Assembly: GCF_009914755.1 (NCBI RefSeq)
Contig: NC_060940.1
From: the human T2T-CHM13v2.0 reference genome, Homo sapiens
Reading direction: 5' to 3' (one strand)
DNA: 64,000 nt
Numbering within the stretch: the stretch's first letter is position 1; each line of letters opens with the position of its first letter. Positions 12,501-25,600 of the stretch are shown here, piece after piece. The notes under the pieces are model-generated. The model was not told the DNA's origin. It saw only the letters and a list, made by a program, of their open reading frames with translations, and searched no databases. Position numbers and translations under genes: made by a program.

Positions 12501-15500
12501 TCGGGATGTGTGTACTCCAGTAAAAGTGTTGAACCTTTCTTTTGATAGAGCAGCTTTCGAACACACTTTTTGTAAAATCTGAAAGTGGATATTTGGATAG
12601 CTTTGAGGATTTCATAGGAAACGGGATTATCTTCATATAAAAAGTAGACAGAACCCTTCTGGGAAACGACTTTGTGATGTTTCCATTCAAGTCTCAGAGT
12701 TGAATATTCCCGTTCATAGAGCAGGTTTGAAGCACTCTTTTTGTTGTATCTGGAAGTGGACATTTGGAGCACTTTGACGCCTATGGTGGAATAGGAAATG
12801 TCTTCCCATCACAACTAGACAGAAGCATTCTCAGAAACTTGTTTGTCATGTGTCTACTCAACTAACAGAGTTGAACCTTGCTTTTGATAGAGCAGATTGG
12901 AAACACTCTGTTTGTAGAATCTGCAAGTGGATATTTGGATAGCTTTGAGGATTTCGTTGGAAACGGGAATATCATCATATAAAATCTAGACAGATGCATT
13001 CTCAGAAACTTCTTTATGATGATAGCATTCAAGTCCCAGGGTTGAACATTCCCTTTCACAGAGCCGGTACGATACACTCTTTTTGTAGAATCTGGAAGTG
13101 GACATTTGGAGCGCTTTCAGGCCTACGGTGAAAAAGAAATATCTTCCCATAAAAACTAGACAGAAGCATTCTCAGAAACTTGTTTCTGATGTGCGTACAC
13201 AACTAACAGAGTTGAACCTTTCTTTTGATAGAGCAGTTTTGAAACACTCTTGTTATAGAATCTGCAAGTGGATATTTGGATTGCTTTGAGGATTTCGTTG
13301 GAAACGAGATTATCTCCATATGAAAAGAAGAAGCATTCTCAGAAACTTCGTAGTGATGTTTGCATTCAAGTCACAGTGTTGAGCATTCCCCTTTAAAGAG
13401 CAGGTTTTGAAGCAGTCTTTTTCTAGTATCTGGAAGTGAACATTCCGAACGCTTTGAGGCTTATGGCGAAAAAGGAAATCTCTTCCCATAAAAACTAGAC
13501 AGAAGCATTCTCAGAAACTTGTTTGTGATGTGTGTACTCAACTAACAGAGTTGAACCTTTCTTTTGAGAGAGCAGTATTGAAAAACTCTTTTTGTAGGAT
13601 CTGCAAATGGATTTTTGGATAGCTTTGAGGATTTCGTTGTAAACGGGAATATCATCATAGAAAATCTAGACAAATGTATTCTCAGAAACTTCTTTATGAT
13701 GATTGCATTCAAGTCACAGAGTTGAACATTCCCTTTCACAGAGCCGGTATGAAACACTCTTTTTGTAGAATCTGGAAGTGGACATTTGGAGCGCTTTGAG
13801 GCCTATGGTGAAAAAGAAATATATTCCCATAAAAACTAGACAGAAGCATTCTCAGAAACTTGTTTCTGATGTGCATACTCAACTAACAGATTTGAACCTT
13901 TCTTTTGAGAGACCAGTTTGGAAACACTCTTTTTGTAGCATCTGCAAGGGGATATTTGCATAGCTTTGAGGATTTCAGAGGAAACGGGAATAACTTTATA
14001 TAAAAAGTAGACAGAAGAATTTTCAGAAATTTCTTTGTGATGTATGCATTCAAGTCAAAGAGTTGAACATTCCCTTCCACGGAGCAGGTTTGAAACTCTC
14101 TTTTTGTTGTATTCGGAAGTGGACATTTGGAGCGCTTTGAGGCCTACGGTGAAAAAGGAAATATCTTCCCATAAAAACTAGACAGAAGCATTCTCAGAAA
14201 CTTGTTTGTGATGTGTATACTCAACAAACAGAGTTGAACCTTTCTTTTGAGAGAGCAGTATTGAAACACTCTTTTTGTAGGATCTGGAAGTGGATATTTG
14301 GATAGCTTTCAGGATTTCATTGGAAACGGGAATATCATCATATAAAATCTAGACAGATGCATTGTCAGAAACTTCTTTATGATGATTGCATTCAAGTCAC
14401 AGAGTTGAACATTCCCTTTCATAGAGCAGGTATGAAACACTCTTTTTGTAGAATCTGGAAGTGGGCATTTGGAGTGCTTTGAGGCCTATGGTGAAAAAGA
14501 GATCTCTTCCCATAAAAACTAGACAGAAGCTTTCTCAGAAACTTGTTTTTGATGTGTGTACTCAACTAACAGAGTTGAACCTCTCTTTTGATAGAGCAGT
14601 TATGAAACACTCTTGTTATAGAATCTGCAAGTGGATATTTGGATTGCTTTGAGGATTTCGTTGGAAACGGGATTATCTCCATATGAAAAGAAGAAGCATT
14701 CTCAGAAACTTCTTTGTGATCTTTGCATTCAAGTCACGGAGCTGAGCATTCCCTTTTACAGAGCTGGTTTGAAACAGTCTTTTTGTAGTATCTGGAAGTG
14801 GAGATTCCGAACGCTTAGAGGCCTATGGTGGAAAGGGAAGTATCTTCCCATAAAAACTAGACATAAGCATTCTCAGAAACTTGTTTGTGATGTGTGTACT
14901 CAAATAACAGTGTTGAACCTTTCTTTTGAGAGACCAGTTTTGAAACACTCTTTTTCTAGGATCTGCAAGTGGATATTTGCATAGCTTTTAGGATTTCGGA
15001 GGAAAGGGGAATATCTTTATATAAAAAGTAGACAGAAGTATTTTCAGAAACTTCTTTGTGATGTATGCATTCAAGTCCCAGAGTTGAACATTCCCTTCCA
15101 CGGAGCAGGTTTGAAACACTCTTTTTCTTGTATCCGGAAGTGGACATTTGGAGCGCTTTGAGGCCTACGGTGAAAAAGGAAACTCCTTCCCATAAAAACT
15201 AGACAGAAGCATTCTCAGAAACTTGTTTGTCATGTGTGTACTCAACTAACAGTGTTGAAGCTTTCTTTTAATAGAGCAGTTTTCAATCTCTCTTTCAGAA
15301 GAATCTGCAAGTGGATATTTGGATAGCTTTGAGGATTTCCTTGGAAACGGGAATAGCTTCATATAAAATCTAGACAGAAGTATTCTCAGAAACTACTTGG
15401 TGATGTTTGCATTCAGGTCACAGAGTTCAATATTCCATTTCATAGAGCAGGTTTGAAACCCTCTTTTTATAGTATCTGGAAGTGGACCTTTGGAGCGATT

Positions 15501-16661
15501 GAGGCCTATGGTGAAAAACAAAAATTCTTCCCATAAAAACTAGACTGAAGCACTCTCAGAAACTTGTTCCTGAGGTGTGTACTCAACTAACAGAGTTGAA
15601 CCTTTCTTTTGATAGAGCAGCTTTCAAACACACTTTTTGTAAAATCTGCAACTGGATATTTATATCTTCGATTATTTCGTTGGAAACAGGATTATCGTCA
15701 TTTAAAAAGTAGACGGATGCCTTCTGGGAAACGACTTTGTGATGTTTCCATTCAAGTCTCGGAGTTCAACATTCCCTTTCATAGAGCAGGTTTGAAACAC
15801 TCTTTTTGTAGTATCTGGAAGTGGACATTTGGAGTGCTTTGAGGCATACGGTGGAATAGGAAATCTCTTCCCATAAAAACTAGACAGAAGCATTCTCAGA
15901 AACTTGTTTGTCATGTGTGTACTCCACTAACAGTGTTGAAGCTTTCTTTTAATAGAGCAGTTTTCAAACTCTCTTTTAGAAGTATCTGCAAGTGGATAAT
16001 TGGATAGCGTTGAGGATTTCGTTGGAAACGGGAATAGTTTCATTTAAAATCTAGACAGAAGTATTCTCAGAAACTACTTTGTGATGTTTGCATTCAAGTC
16101 ACAGAGTTCCATATTCCAGTTCATAGAGCAGGCTTGAAACCCTTTTTTTATAGTATCTCCAAGTGGACATTTGGAGCGCTTGAGGCCTATGGTGAAAAAT
16201 AAAAATTCTTCCCATAAAAACTAGAGTGAAGCATTCTCAGAAACTTGTTCCTGATGTGTGCACTCAACTAAGAGATTTGAACCTTTCTTTTGATAGAGCA
16301 GTGTTGAAACACGCTTTTTGTGGAATCTGCAAGTGGATACTTGGATGGCTTGGAGGATTTCGTTGGAAACGGGAATATCTCTCTATAAAAAGAAGAAGCA
16401 TCCTCAGAAACTTCTTTATCATGTTTGCATTCAAGTCACAGAGTTGAACATTCCCTTTCACAGAGCAGGTTGGAAACATTGTTTTTATAGTATCTGGAAG
16501 TGTACATTTGGAGCGCTTTGAGTCCTATGGTGAAAAAGGAAATATCTTCCCATAAAATGTAGACAGAAGGATTCTCAGAAACTTGTTTGGGATGAGGGTA
16601 CTCAACTAACAGTGTTGAACCTTTCTTTTTATAGAGCAGCTTTCAAACACACGTTTTGTAA
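9543..16661 (+). repeat. Alpha satellite, SF2-type (D1/D2 dimers), forward orientation
   Basis: Monomers with 'ggatagctttgaggatttcgttggaaacggga' (B box) alternate with 'tggacatttggagcgctttgaggcctayggtgaaaaagg' (A box); 'gcattcaagtcacagagttgaacattccctttca' is typical of SF2. Internal direct repeat at offset 3405 (ORFs 11226 and 14631). Confidence 0.8.
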
Positions 16662-19641
16662 CCTCAAAGCGTAGGCCTCAAAGCGCTCCAAATGTCCACT
16701 TCCAAATACAACAAAAAGAGAGTATCAAACCTGCTCCGTGGAAGGCAATGTTCAACTCTTTGACTTGAATGCATACATCACAAAGAAGTTTCTGAAAATG
16801 CTTCTGTCTACTTTTTGTCTAAAGTTATTCTCGTTTCCTCTGAAATCCTCAAACCTATGCAAATATCCACTTGCAGATCCTACAAAAAGAGTGTTTCCAA
16901 ACTGGTCTCTCAAAAGAAAGGTTCAACTCTGTTAGTTGAGTAGATACATGACAAACAAGTTTCTGAGAATGCTTCTGTCTGGTTTTAATGGGAAGACATT
17001 TCCTATTCCACAATAGGACTCAATGTGCTCCAAATCTCAACTTCCATATACTAGAAAAAGACTGTTTCAAAACCTGCTCTGTTAAAGGGAATGCTCAACT
17101 CTGTGACTTGAATGCCATAATCATAAAGAAGTTTCTGAGAATGCATCTGTCTAGATTTTATATGATGATATTCCCGTTTCCAACGAAATCTTGAAATCTA
17201 TCCAAATATCCACTTGCAGAGTCTACAAACAGAGTGTTTCTGTCTAATTTTTATGGGAAGAGATTTCCTATTTCACCGTATGCCTCAAAGTGCTCCAAAT
17301 GTCCACTTCCAGATTCTACAAAAAGAGTGTATCGTACCGGCTCTGTGAAAGGGAATGTTCAACCCTGGGACTTGAATGCTATCATCATAAAGAAGTTTCT
17401 GAGAATGCATCTGACTAGATTTTATATGATGATATTCCCGTTTCCAACGAAATCCTCAAAGCTATCCAAATATCCAGTTGCAGATTCTACAGAGTGTTCC
17501 CGATCTGCTCTATCAAACAAAAGGTTCAACTCTGTTAGTTGAGTAGACACATGACAAACAACTTTCTGAGAATGCTTCTGTCTAGTTTTTAAGGGAAGAG
17601 ATTTCCTATTCCACCATAGGCCTCAAAGCGCTCCAAATGTCCACTTCCAGATACTACAAAAAGAGTGTTTCAAACCTGTTCTATGAAAGGGAACGTTCAA
17701 CTCTGAGACTTGAATGGAAACATCACAAAGTCGTTTCCCAGAAGGCTTCCGTCTCCTTTTTATATGAAGATAATCCCGTTTCCAACGAAATCATCGAAGC
17801 TATCCAAATATCCACTTGCAGATTTTACAAAAAGTGTGTTTGAAAGCTGCTCTATCAAAAGAAAGGTTCAACACTGTTAGGTGAGAACACACATCCCAAA
17901 CAAGTTTCTGAGAATCCTTCTGTCTACATTTTATGGGAAGATATTTCCTTTTTCACCATAGGACTCAAAGCGCTCCAAATGTACACTTCCAGGTACTATA
18001 AAAAGAATGTTTCAAACCTGCTCTGTGAAAGGTCATGTTCAACACTGTGACTTGAATGCAAACCTCATAAAGAAGCTTCTGAGGATGCTTCTTCTTTTTA
18101 TAGAGAGATATTCCCGTTTCCAAAGAAATCCTCAAAGCCATCCAATTATACACTTGCAGATTCCACAAAAAGCGTGTTTCAAAACAGGTCTACCATAAGG
18201 AAGGTTCAACTCTGTTAGTTTCGTACACACATCAGGAACAAGTTTCTGAGAGTGCTTCAGTCTAGTTTTTATGGGAAGAATTTTTGTTTTTCACCATAGG
18301 CCTCAATCGCTCCAAAGGTCCACTTCCAGATACTATAAAAAGAGGGTTTCAAACCTGCTCTATGAAATGGAATATTGAACTCTGTGACCTGAATGCAAAC
18401 ATCACCAAGTAGTTTCTGAGAATACTTCTGTCTAGATTTTATATGAAGCTATTCCCGTTTCCAAGGAAATCCTCAAAGCTATCCAAATATCCACTTGCAG
18501 ATTCTTCTGAAAGAGAGATTGAAAACTGCTCTATTAAAAGAAAGCTTCAACACTGTTAGTTGAGTACACACATGACAAACAAGTTTCTGAGAATGCTTCT
18601 GTCTAGTTTTTATGGGAAGGAGTTTCCTTTTTCACCGTAGGCCTCAAAGCGCTCCAAATGTCCACTTCCGGATACAAGAAAAAGAGTGTTTCAAACCTGC
18701 TCCGTGGAAGGGAATGTTCAACTCTGGGACTTGAATGCATACATCACAAAGAAGTTTCTGAAAATACTTCTGTCTACTTTTTATATAAAGATATTCCCCT
18801 TTCCTCCGAAATCCTAAAAGCTATGCAAATATCCACTTGCAGATCCTAGAAAAAGAGTGTTTCAAAACTGGTCTCTCAAAAGAAAGGTTCAACACTGTTA
18901 TTTGAGTACACACATCACAAACAAGTTTCTGAGAATGCTTATGTCTAGTTTTTATGGGAAGATACTTCCCTTTCCACCATAGGCCTCTAAGCGTTCGGAA
19001 TCTCCACTTCCAGATACTACAAAAAGACTGTTTCAAACCAGCTCTGTAAAAGGGAATGCTCAGCTCCGTGACTTGAATGCAAAGATCACAAAGAAGTTTC
19101 TGAGAATGCTTCTTCTTTTCATATGGAGATAATCCCGTTTCCAACGAAATCCTCAAAGCAATCCAAATATCCACTTGCAGATTCTATAACAAGAGTGTTT
19201 CATAACTGCTCTATCAAAAGAGAGGTTCAACTCTGTTAGTTGAGTACACACATCAAAAACAAGTTTCTGAGAAAGCTTCTGTCTAGTTTTTATGGGAAGA
19301 GATCTCTTTTTCACCATAGGCCTCAAAGCACTCCAAATGCCCACTTCCAGATTCTACAAAAAGAGTGTTTCATACCTGCTCTATGAAAGGGAATGTTCAA
19401 CTCTGTGACTTGAATGCAATCATCATAAAGAAGTTTCTGACAATGCATCTGTCTAGATTTTATATGATGATATTCCCGTTTCCAACGAAATCCTGAAAGC
19501 TATCCAAATATCCACTTCCAGATCCTACAAAAAGAGTGTTTCAATACTGCTCTCTCAAAAGAAAGGTTCAACTCTGTTTGTTGAGTATACACATCACAAA
19601 CAAGTTTCTGAGAATGCTTCTGTCTAGTTTTTATGGGAAGA
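14164..19641. repeat. ~1.4-kb near-identical inverted repeat (arms ~14164-15573 and ~18232-19641)
   Basis: Identical translated ORFs on opposite strands: 14461-14652/19153-19344, 14631-14984/18821-19174 and 14956-15147/18658-18849; paired coordinates sum to 33805. The arms share rare variants (attgtcagaa, tcaacaaaca, gtgggcattt). Confidence 0.9.
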
Positions 19642-22600
19642 GATATCCTTTTTCACCGTAGGACACAAAGCGATCCAAATGTCCACTTCCAGATTCTACA
19701 AAAACAGTGTTTCATACCAGCTCTGTGAAAGGGAATGTTCAACTCTGTGACTTGAATGCAATCATCATAAAGAAGTTTCTGAGAATTCATCTGTCTAGAT
19801 TTTATATGACGATATTCCCGATTCCAACGGAATCCCCAAAGCTATCCAAATATCCACTTGCAGATTCTTCTAAAAGAGAGTTTGAAATCTGCTCTATTAA
19901 AAGAAAGCTTCAACACTGTTAGTTGGGTACACACATGACAAACAAGTTTCTGAGAATGCTTCTGTCTAGTTTTTATGGGAAGATGTTTCCTTTTTCACCG
20001 TAGGCCTCAAAGCGCTCCAAATGTCCACTTCCGAATACAACAAAAAGAGTGTTTCAAACCTGCTCCATTGAAGGGCATGTTCAACTCTTTGACTTGAATG
20101 CATACATCACAAAGAAGTTTCTGAAAATGCTTCTGTCTACTTTTTATGTAAAGATATTCCCGTTTCCTCTGAAATCCTCAAAGCTATGCAAATATCCACT
20201 TGCAGATCCTACAAAAAGAGTGTTTCAAAACTGGTCTCTCAAAAGAAAGGTTCAACTCTGTTAGCTGAGTACACACATCACAAACAAGTTTCTGAGAATG
20301 CTTCTGTCTAGTTTTTATGGGAAGAGATTTCCCTTTTCACCATAGGCCTCTAAGCGTTCGGAATCTCCACTTCCAGATACTACAAAAAGACTGTGTAAAC
20401 CCAGCTCTGTAAAAGGGAAGGCTCAGCTCCGTGAATTGAATGCAAACATCACAAAGAAGTTTCTGAGAATGCTTCTTCTTTTCATATGGAGATAATCCCT
20501 TTTCTAACGAAATCCTCAAAGTAATCCAAATATCCACTTGCAGATTCTATAACAAGAGTGTTTCAAAACTGCTCTATCAAAAGAGAGGGTCAATTCTGTT
20601 AATTGAGTACACACATCAAAAACAAGTTTCTGGGAAAGCTTCTGTCTAGTTTTTATGGGAAGAGATTTCTTTTTCACCATAGGCCTCAAAGCACTCCAAA
20701 TGTCCACTTCCAGATTCTACAAAAAGAGTGTTTCATACCTGCTCTATGAAAGGGAATGCTCAACTCTGTGACTTGAATGCAAACATCACTACGAAGTTTC
20801 CGAGAATGCTTCTTCTTTTCATATGGAGATAATCCCGTTTCCAACGAAATCCTCAGAGCAATCCAAATATCCACTTACAGATCCTATAACAAGAGTGTTC
20901 CAAACTGCTCTATCAAAAGAAAGGTTCAACTCTGTTAGTTGTGTACACACATCAAAAAACAAGTTTCGGAGAATGCTTCTGTCTACTATTTATGGGAAGA
21001 GACAGCCTTTTTCACCGTAGGCCTCAAAGCGCTCCAAATGTCCACTTCCAGATTCTACAAAAAGAGGGTTTCATACTGGCTCTGTGAAAGGGAATGTTCA
21101 ACCGTGTGACTTGAATGCAATCATCATAAAGAAGTTTCTGAGAATGCGTCTGTCTAGATTTTATATGATGATATTCCCGTTTCCAACGAAATCCTCAAAG
21201 CTATCCAAATATCCAGTTGCAGATTCTACAGAGTGTTCCCGATCTGCTCTATCAAACAAAAGGTTCAACTCTGTTAGTTGAGTAGACACATGACAAACAA
21301 CTTTCTGAGAATGCTTCTGTCTAGTTTTTAAGGGAAGAGATTTCCTATTCCACCGTAGGCCTCAAAGCGCTCCAAATGTCCACTTCCAGATACTACAAAA
21401 AGAGTGTTTCAAACCTGTTCTATGAAAGGGAACGTTCAACTCTGAGACTTGAATGGAAACATCACAAAGTCGTTTCCCAGAAGGCTTCCGTCTCCTTTTT
21501 ATATGAAGATAATCCCGTTTCCAACGAAATCATCGAAGCTATCCAAATATCCACTTGCAGATTTTACAAAAAGTGTGTTTGAAAGCTGCTCTATCAAAAG
21601 AAAGGTTCAACACTGTTAGGTGAGAACACACATCCCAAACAAGTTTCTGAGAATCCTTCTGTCTACATTTTATGGGAAGATATTTCCTTTTTCACCATAG
21701 GACTCAAAGCGCTCCAAATGTACACTTCCAGGTACTATAAAAAGAATGTTTCAAACCTGCTCTGTGAAAGGTCATGTTCAACACTGTGACTTGAATGCAA
21801 ACCTCATAAAGAAGCTTCTGAGGATGCTTCTTCTTTTTATAGAGAGATATTCCCGTTTCCAAAGAAATCCTCAAAGCCATCCAATTATACACTTGCAGAT
21901 TCCACAAAAAGCGTGTTTCAAAACAGGTCTACCATAAGGAAGGTTCACCTCTGTTAGTTTCGTACACACATCAGGAACAAGTTTCTGAGAGTGCTTCAGT
22001 CTAGTTTTTATGGGAAGAATTTTTGTTTTTCACCATAGGCCTCAATCGCTCCAAAGGTCCACTTCCAGATACTATAAAAAGAGGGTTTCCAACCTGCTCT
22101 ATGAAATGGAATATTGAACTCTGTGACCTGAATGCAAACATCACCAAGTAGTTTCTGAGAATACTTCTGTCTAGATTTTATATGAAGCTATTCCCGTTTC
22201 CAAGGAAATCCTCAAAGCTATCCAAATATCCACTTGCAGATTCTTCTGAAAGAGAGATTGAAAACTGCTCTATTAAAAGAAAGCTTCAACACTGTTAGTG
22301 GAGTACACACATGACAAACAAGTTTCTGAGAATGCTTCTGTCTAGTTTTTATGGGAAGATGTTTCCTTTTTCGCCGTAGGCCTCACAGCGCTCCAAATGT
22401 CCACTTCCAGATACGGCAAAAAGAGTGTTTCAAACCTGCTCCATGGAAGGGAATGTTCAACCCTGGGACTTCAATGCATACATCGCAAAGAAGTTTCTGA
22501 AAATGCTTCTGTCTACTTTTTATATAATGATATCCCCGTTTCCTCCGAAATACTCAAAGCTATCCAAATATCCACTTGTAGATACTACAAAAAGGGTGTT

Positions 22601-25600
22601 TCAAAACTGCTCTCTCAAAAGAAAGGTTCAACTCTCTTAGTTGAGTACACACATCACAAACAAGTTTCTGAGAATGCTTCTGTCTAGTTTTCATGGGAAG
22701 AGATTTCCTTTTTCACCATGGGCCTCAGAGCCTTCGGAATGTCCACTTCCAGATACTAGAAAAAGACTGTTTCAAAACCTGCTCTGTAAAAGGGAATGCT
22801 CAACTCTGTGAGTTGAATGCAAACATCACTACGAAGTTTCCGAGAATGTTTCTGCTTTTCATATGGAGATAATCCCTTTTCCAACGAAATCCTCAGAGCA
22901 ATCCAAATATCCACTTACAGATCCTACAACAAGAGTGTTTCAAAACTACTCTATCAAAAGAAAGGTTCAACTCTGTTAGTTGTGTACACACATCAAAAAA
23001 CAAGTTTCGGAGAATGCTTCTGTCTACTTTTTGTGGAAGAGATAGCCTTTTTCACCATAGGCCTCAAAGCGCTCCAAATGTCCACTTCCAGATTCTACAA
23101 AAAGAGGGTTTCGTACCTCATCTGTGAAAGGGAATGTTCAACCCTGGGACTTGAATGCATACATCACAAAGAAGTTTCTGAAAATGCTCCTGTCTACTTT
23201 TTATATAAAGATATTGCCGTTTCCTCTGAAATCCTCAAAGCTATCCAAATATCCACTTGCAGATTCTACAAACAGAGTGTTCCCGATCTGCTCTATCAAA
23301 CGAAAGGTTCAACTCTGTTAGTTGAGTAGACACATGACAAACAAGTTTCTGAGAATGCTTCTGTCTAGTTTTTAAGGGAAGAGATTTCCAATTCCACCGT
23401 TGGCCTCAAAGCGCTCCAAATGTCCACATCCAGATACTACAAAAAGAGTGTTTCAAACCTGTTCTATGAATGGGAATGTTCAACTCTGAAACTTGAATGG
23501 AAACATCACAAAGTCGTTTCCCAGAAGGCTTCCGTCTCCTTTTTATCTGAAGATAATCCCGTTTCCAACGAAATCCTCGAAGCTATCCAAATATCCACTT
23601 GCAGATTTTACAAAAAGTGTGTTTGAAAGCTGCTCTATCAAAAGAAAGGTTCAACACTGTTAGTTGAGCACACACATCCCAAACAAGTTTCTGAGAATCC
23701 TTCTGTCTACATTTTATGGGAAGATATTTCCTTTTTCACCATAGGACTCAAAGCGCTCCAAATGTACACTTCCGGATACTATAAAAAGAATGTTTCAAAC
23801 CTGCTCTGTGAAAGGGAATGTTCAACACTGTGACTTGAATGCAAACCTCATAAAGAAGCTTCTGAGGATGCTTCTTCTTTTTATAGAGAGATATTCCCGT
23901 TTCCAAAGAAATCCTCAAAGCCATCCAATTATACACTTGCAGATTCCACAAAAAGCGTGTTTCAAAACAGGTCTACCATAAGGAAGGTTCACCTCTGTTA
24001 GTTTCGTACACACATCAGGAACAAGTTTCTGAGAGTGCTTCAGTCTAGTTTTTATGGGAAGAATTTTTGTTTTTCACCATAGGCCTCAATCGCTCCAAAG
24101 GTCCACTTCCAGATACTATAAAAAGAGGGTTTCCAACCTGCTATATGAAATGGAATATTGAACTCTGTGACCTGAATGCAAACATCACCAAGTAGTTTCT
24201 GAGAATACTTCTGTCTAGATTTTATATGAAGCTATTCCCGTTTCCAAGGAAATCCTCAAATCTATCCAAATATCCACTTGCAGATTCTTCTAAAAGAGAG
24301 ATTGAAAACTGCTCTATTAAAAGAAAGCTTCAACACTGTTAGTTGAGTACACACATGACAAACAAGTTTCTGAGAATGCTTCTGTCTAGTTTTTAGGGGA
24401 GAATGTTTCCTTTTTCACCGTAGGCCTCACAGCGCTCCAAATTTCCACTTCCATACACAGCAAAAGAGTGTTTCAAACCTGCTCCATGGAAGGGAATGTT
24501 CAACCCTGGGACTTCAATGCATACATCACAAAGAAGTTTCTGAAAATGCTTCTGTCTACTTTTCATATAAAGATATTCCCGTTTCCTCTGAAATCCTCAA
24601 AGCTATCCAAATATCCACTTGCAGATTCTACAAACAGAGTGTTCCCGATCTGCTCTATCAAACGAAAGGTTCAACTCTGTTAGTTGAGTAGACACATGAC
24701 AAACAAGTTTCTGAGAATGCTTCTGTCTAGTTTTTAAGGGAAGAGAATTCCAATTCCACCGTGAGCCTCAAAGCGCTCCAAATGTCCACATCCAGATACT
24801 ACAAAAAGAGTGTTTCAAACCTGTTCTATGAATGGGAATGTTCAACTCTGAAACTTGAATGGAAACATCACAAAGTCGTTTCCCAGAAGGCTTCCATCTC
24901 CTTTTTATCTGAAGATAATCCCGTTTCCAACGAAATCCTCGAAGCCATCCAAATATCCACTTGCAGATTTTACAAAAAGTGTGTTTAAAGCTGCTCTATC
25001 AAAAGAAAGGTTCAACACTGTTAGTTGAGTACACACATCCCAAACAAGTTTCTGAGAATCCTTCTGTCTACATTTTATGGGAAGATATTTCCTTCTTCAC
25101 CATAGGACTCAAAGCGCTCCAAATGTACACTTCCGGATACTATAAAAAGAATGTTTCAAACCTGCTCTGTGAAAGGGAATGTTCAACACTGTGACTTGAA
25201 TGCAAACCTTATAAAGAAGCTTCTGAGGATGCTTCTTCTTTTTATAGAGAGATATTCCCGTTTCCAAAGAAATCCTCAAAGCCATCCAATTATACACTTG
25301 CAGATTCCACAAAAAGCGTGTTTCAAAACAGGTCTACCATAAGGAAGGTTCACCTCTGTTAGTTTCGTACACACATCAGGAACAAGTTTCTGAGAGTGCT
25401 TCAGTCTAGTTTTTATGGGAAGAATTTTTGTTTTTCACCATAGGCCTCAATCGCTCCAAAGGTCCACTTCCAGATACTATAAAAAGAGGGTTTCCAACCT
25501 GCTCTATGAAATGGAATATTGAACTCTGTGACCTGAATGCAAACATCACCAAGTAGTTTCTGAGAATACTTCTGTCTAGATTTTATATGAAGCTATTCCC

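Noticed and set aside
16600-16720. Simple inversion by recombination between two inverted L1 copies
   Set aside because: That model predicts L1 sequence at both breakpoints, and the left breakpoint at 16661 has none.
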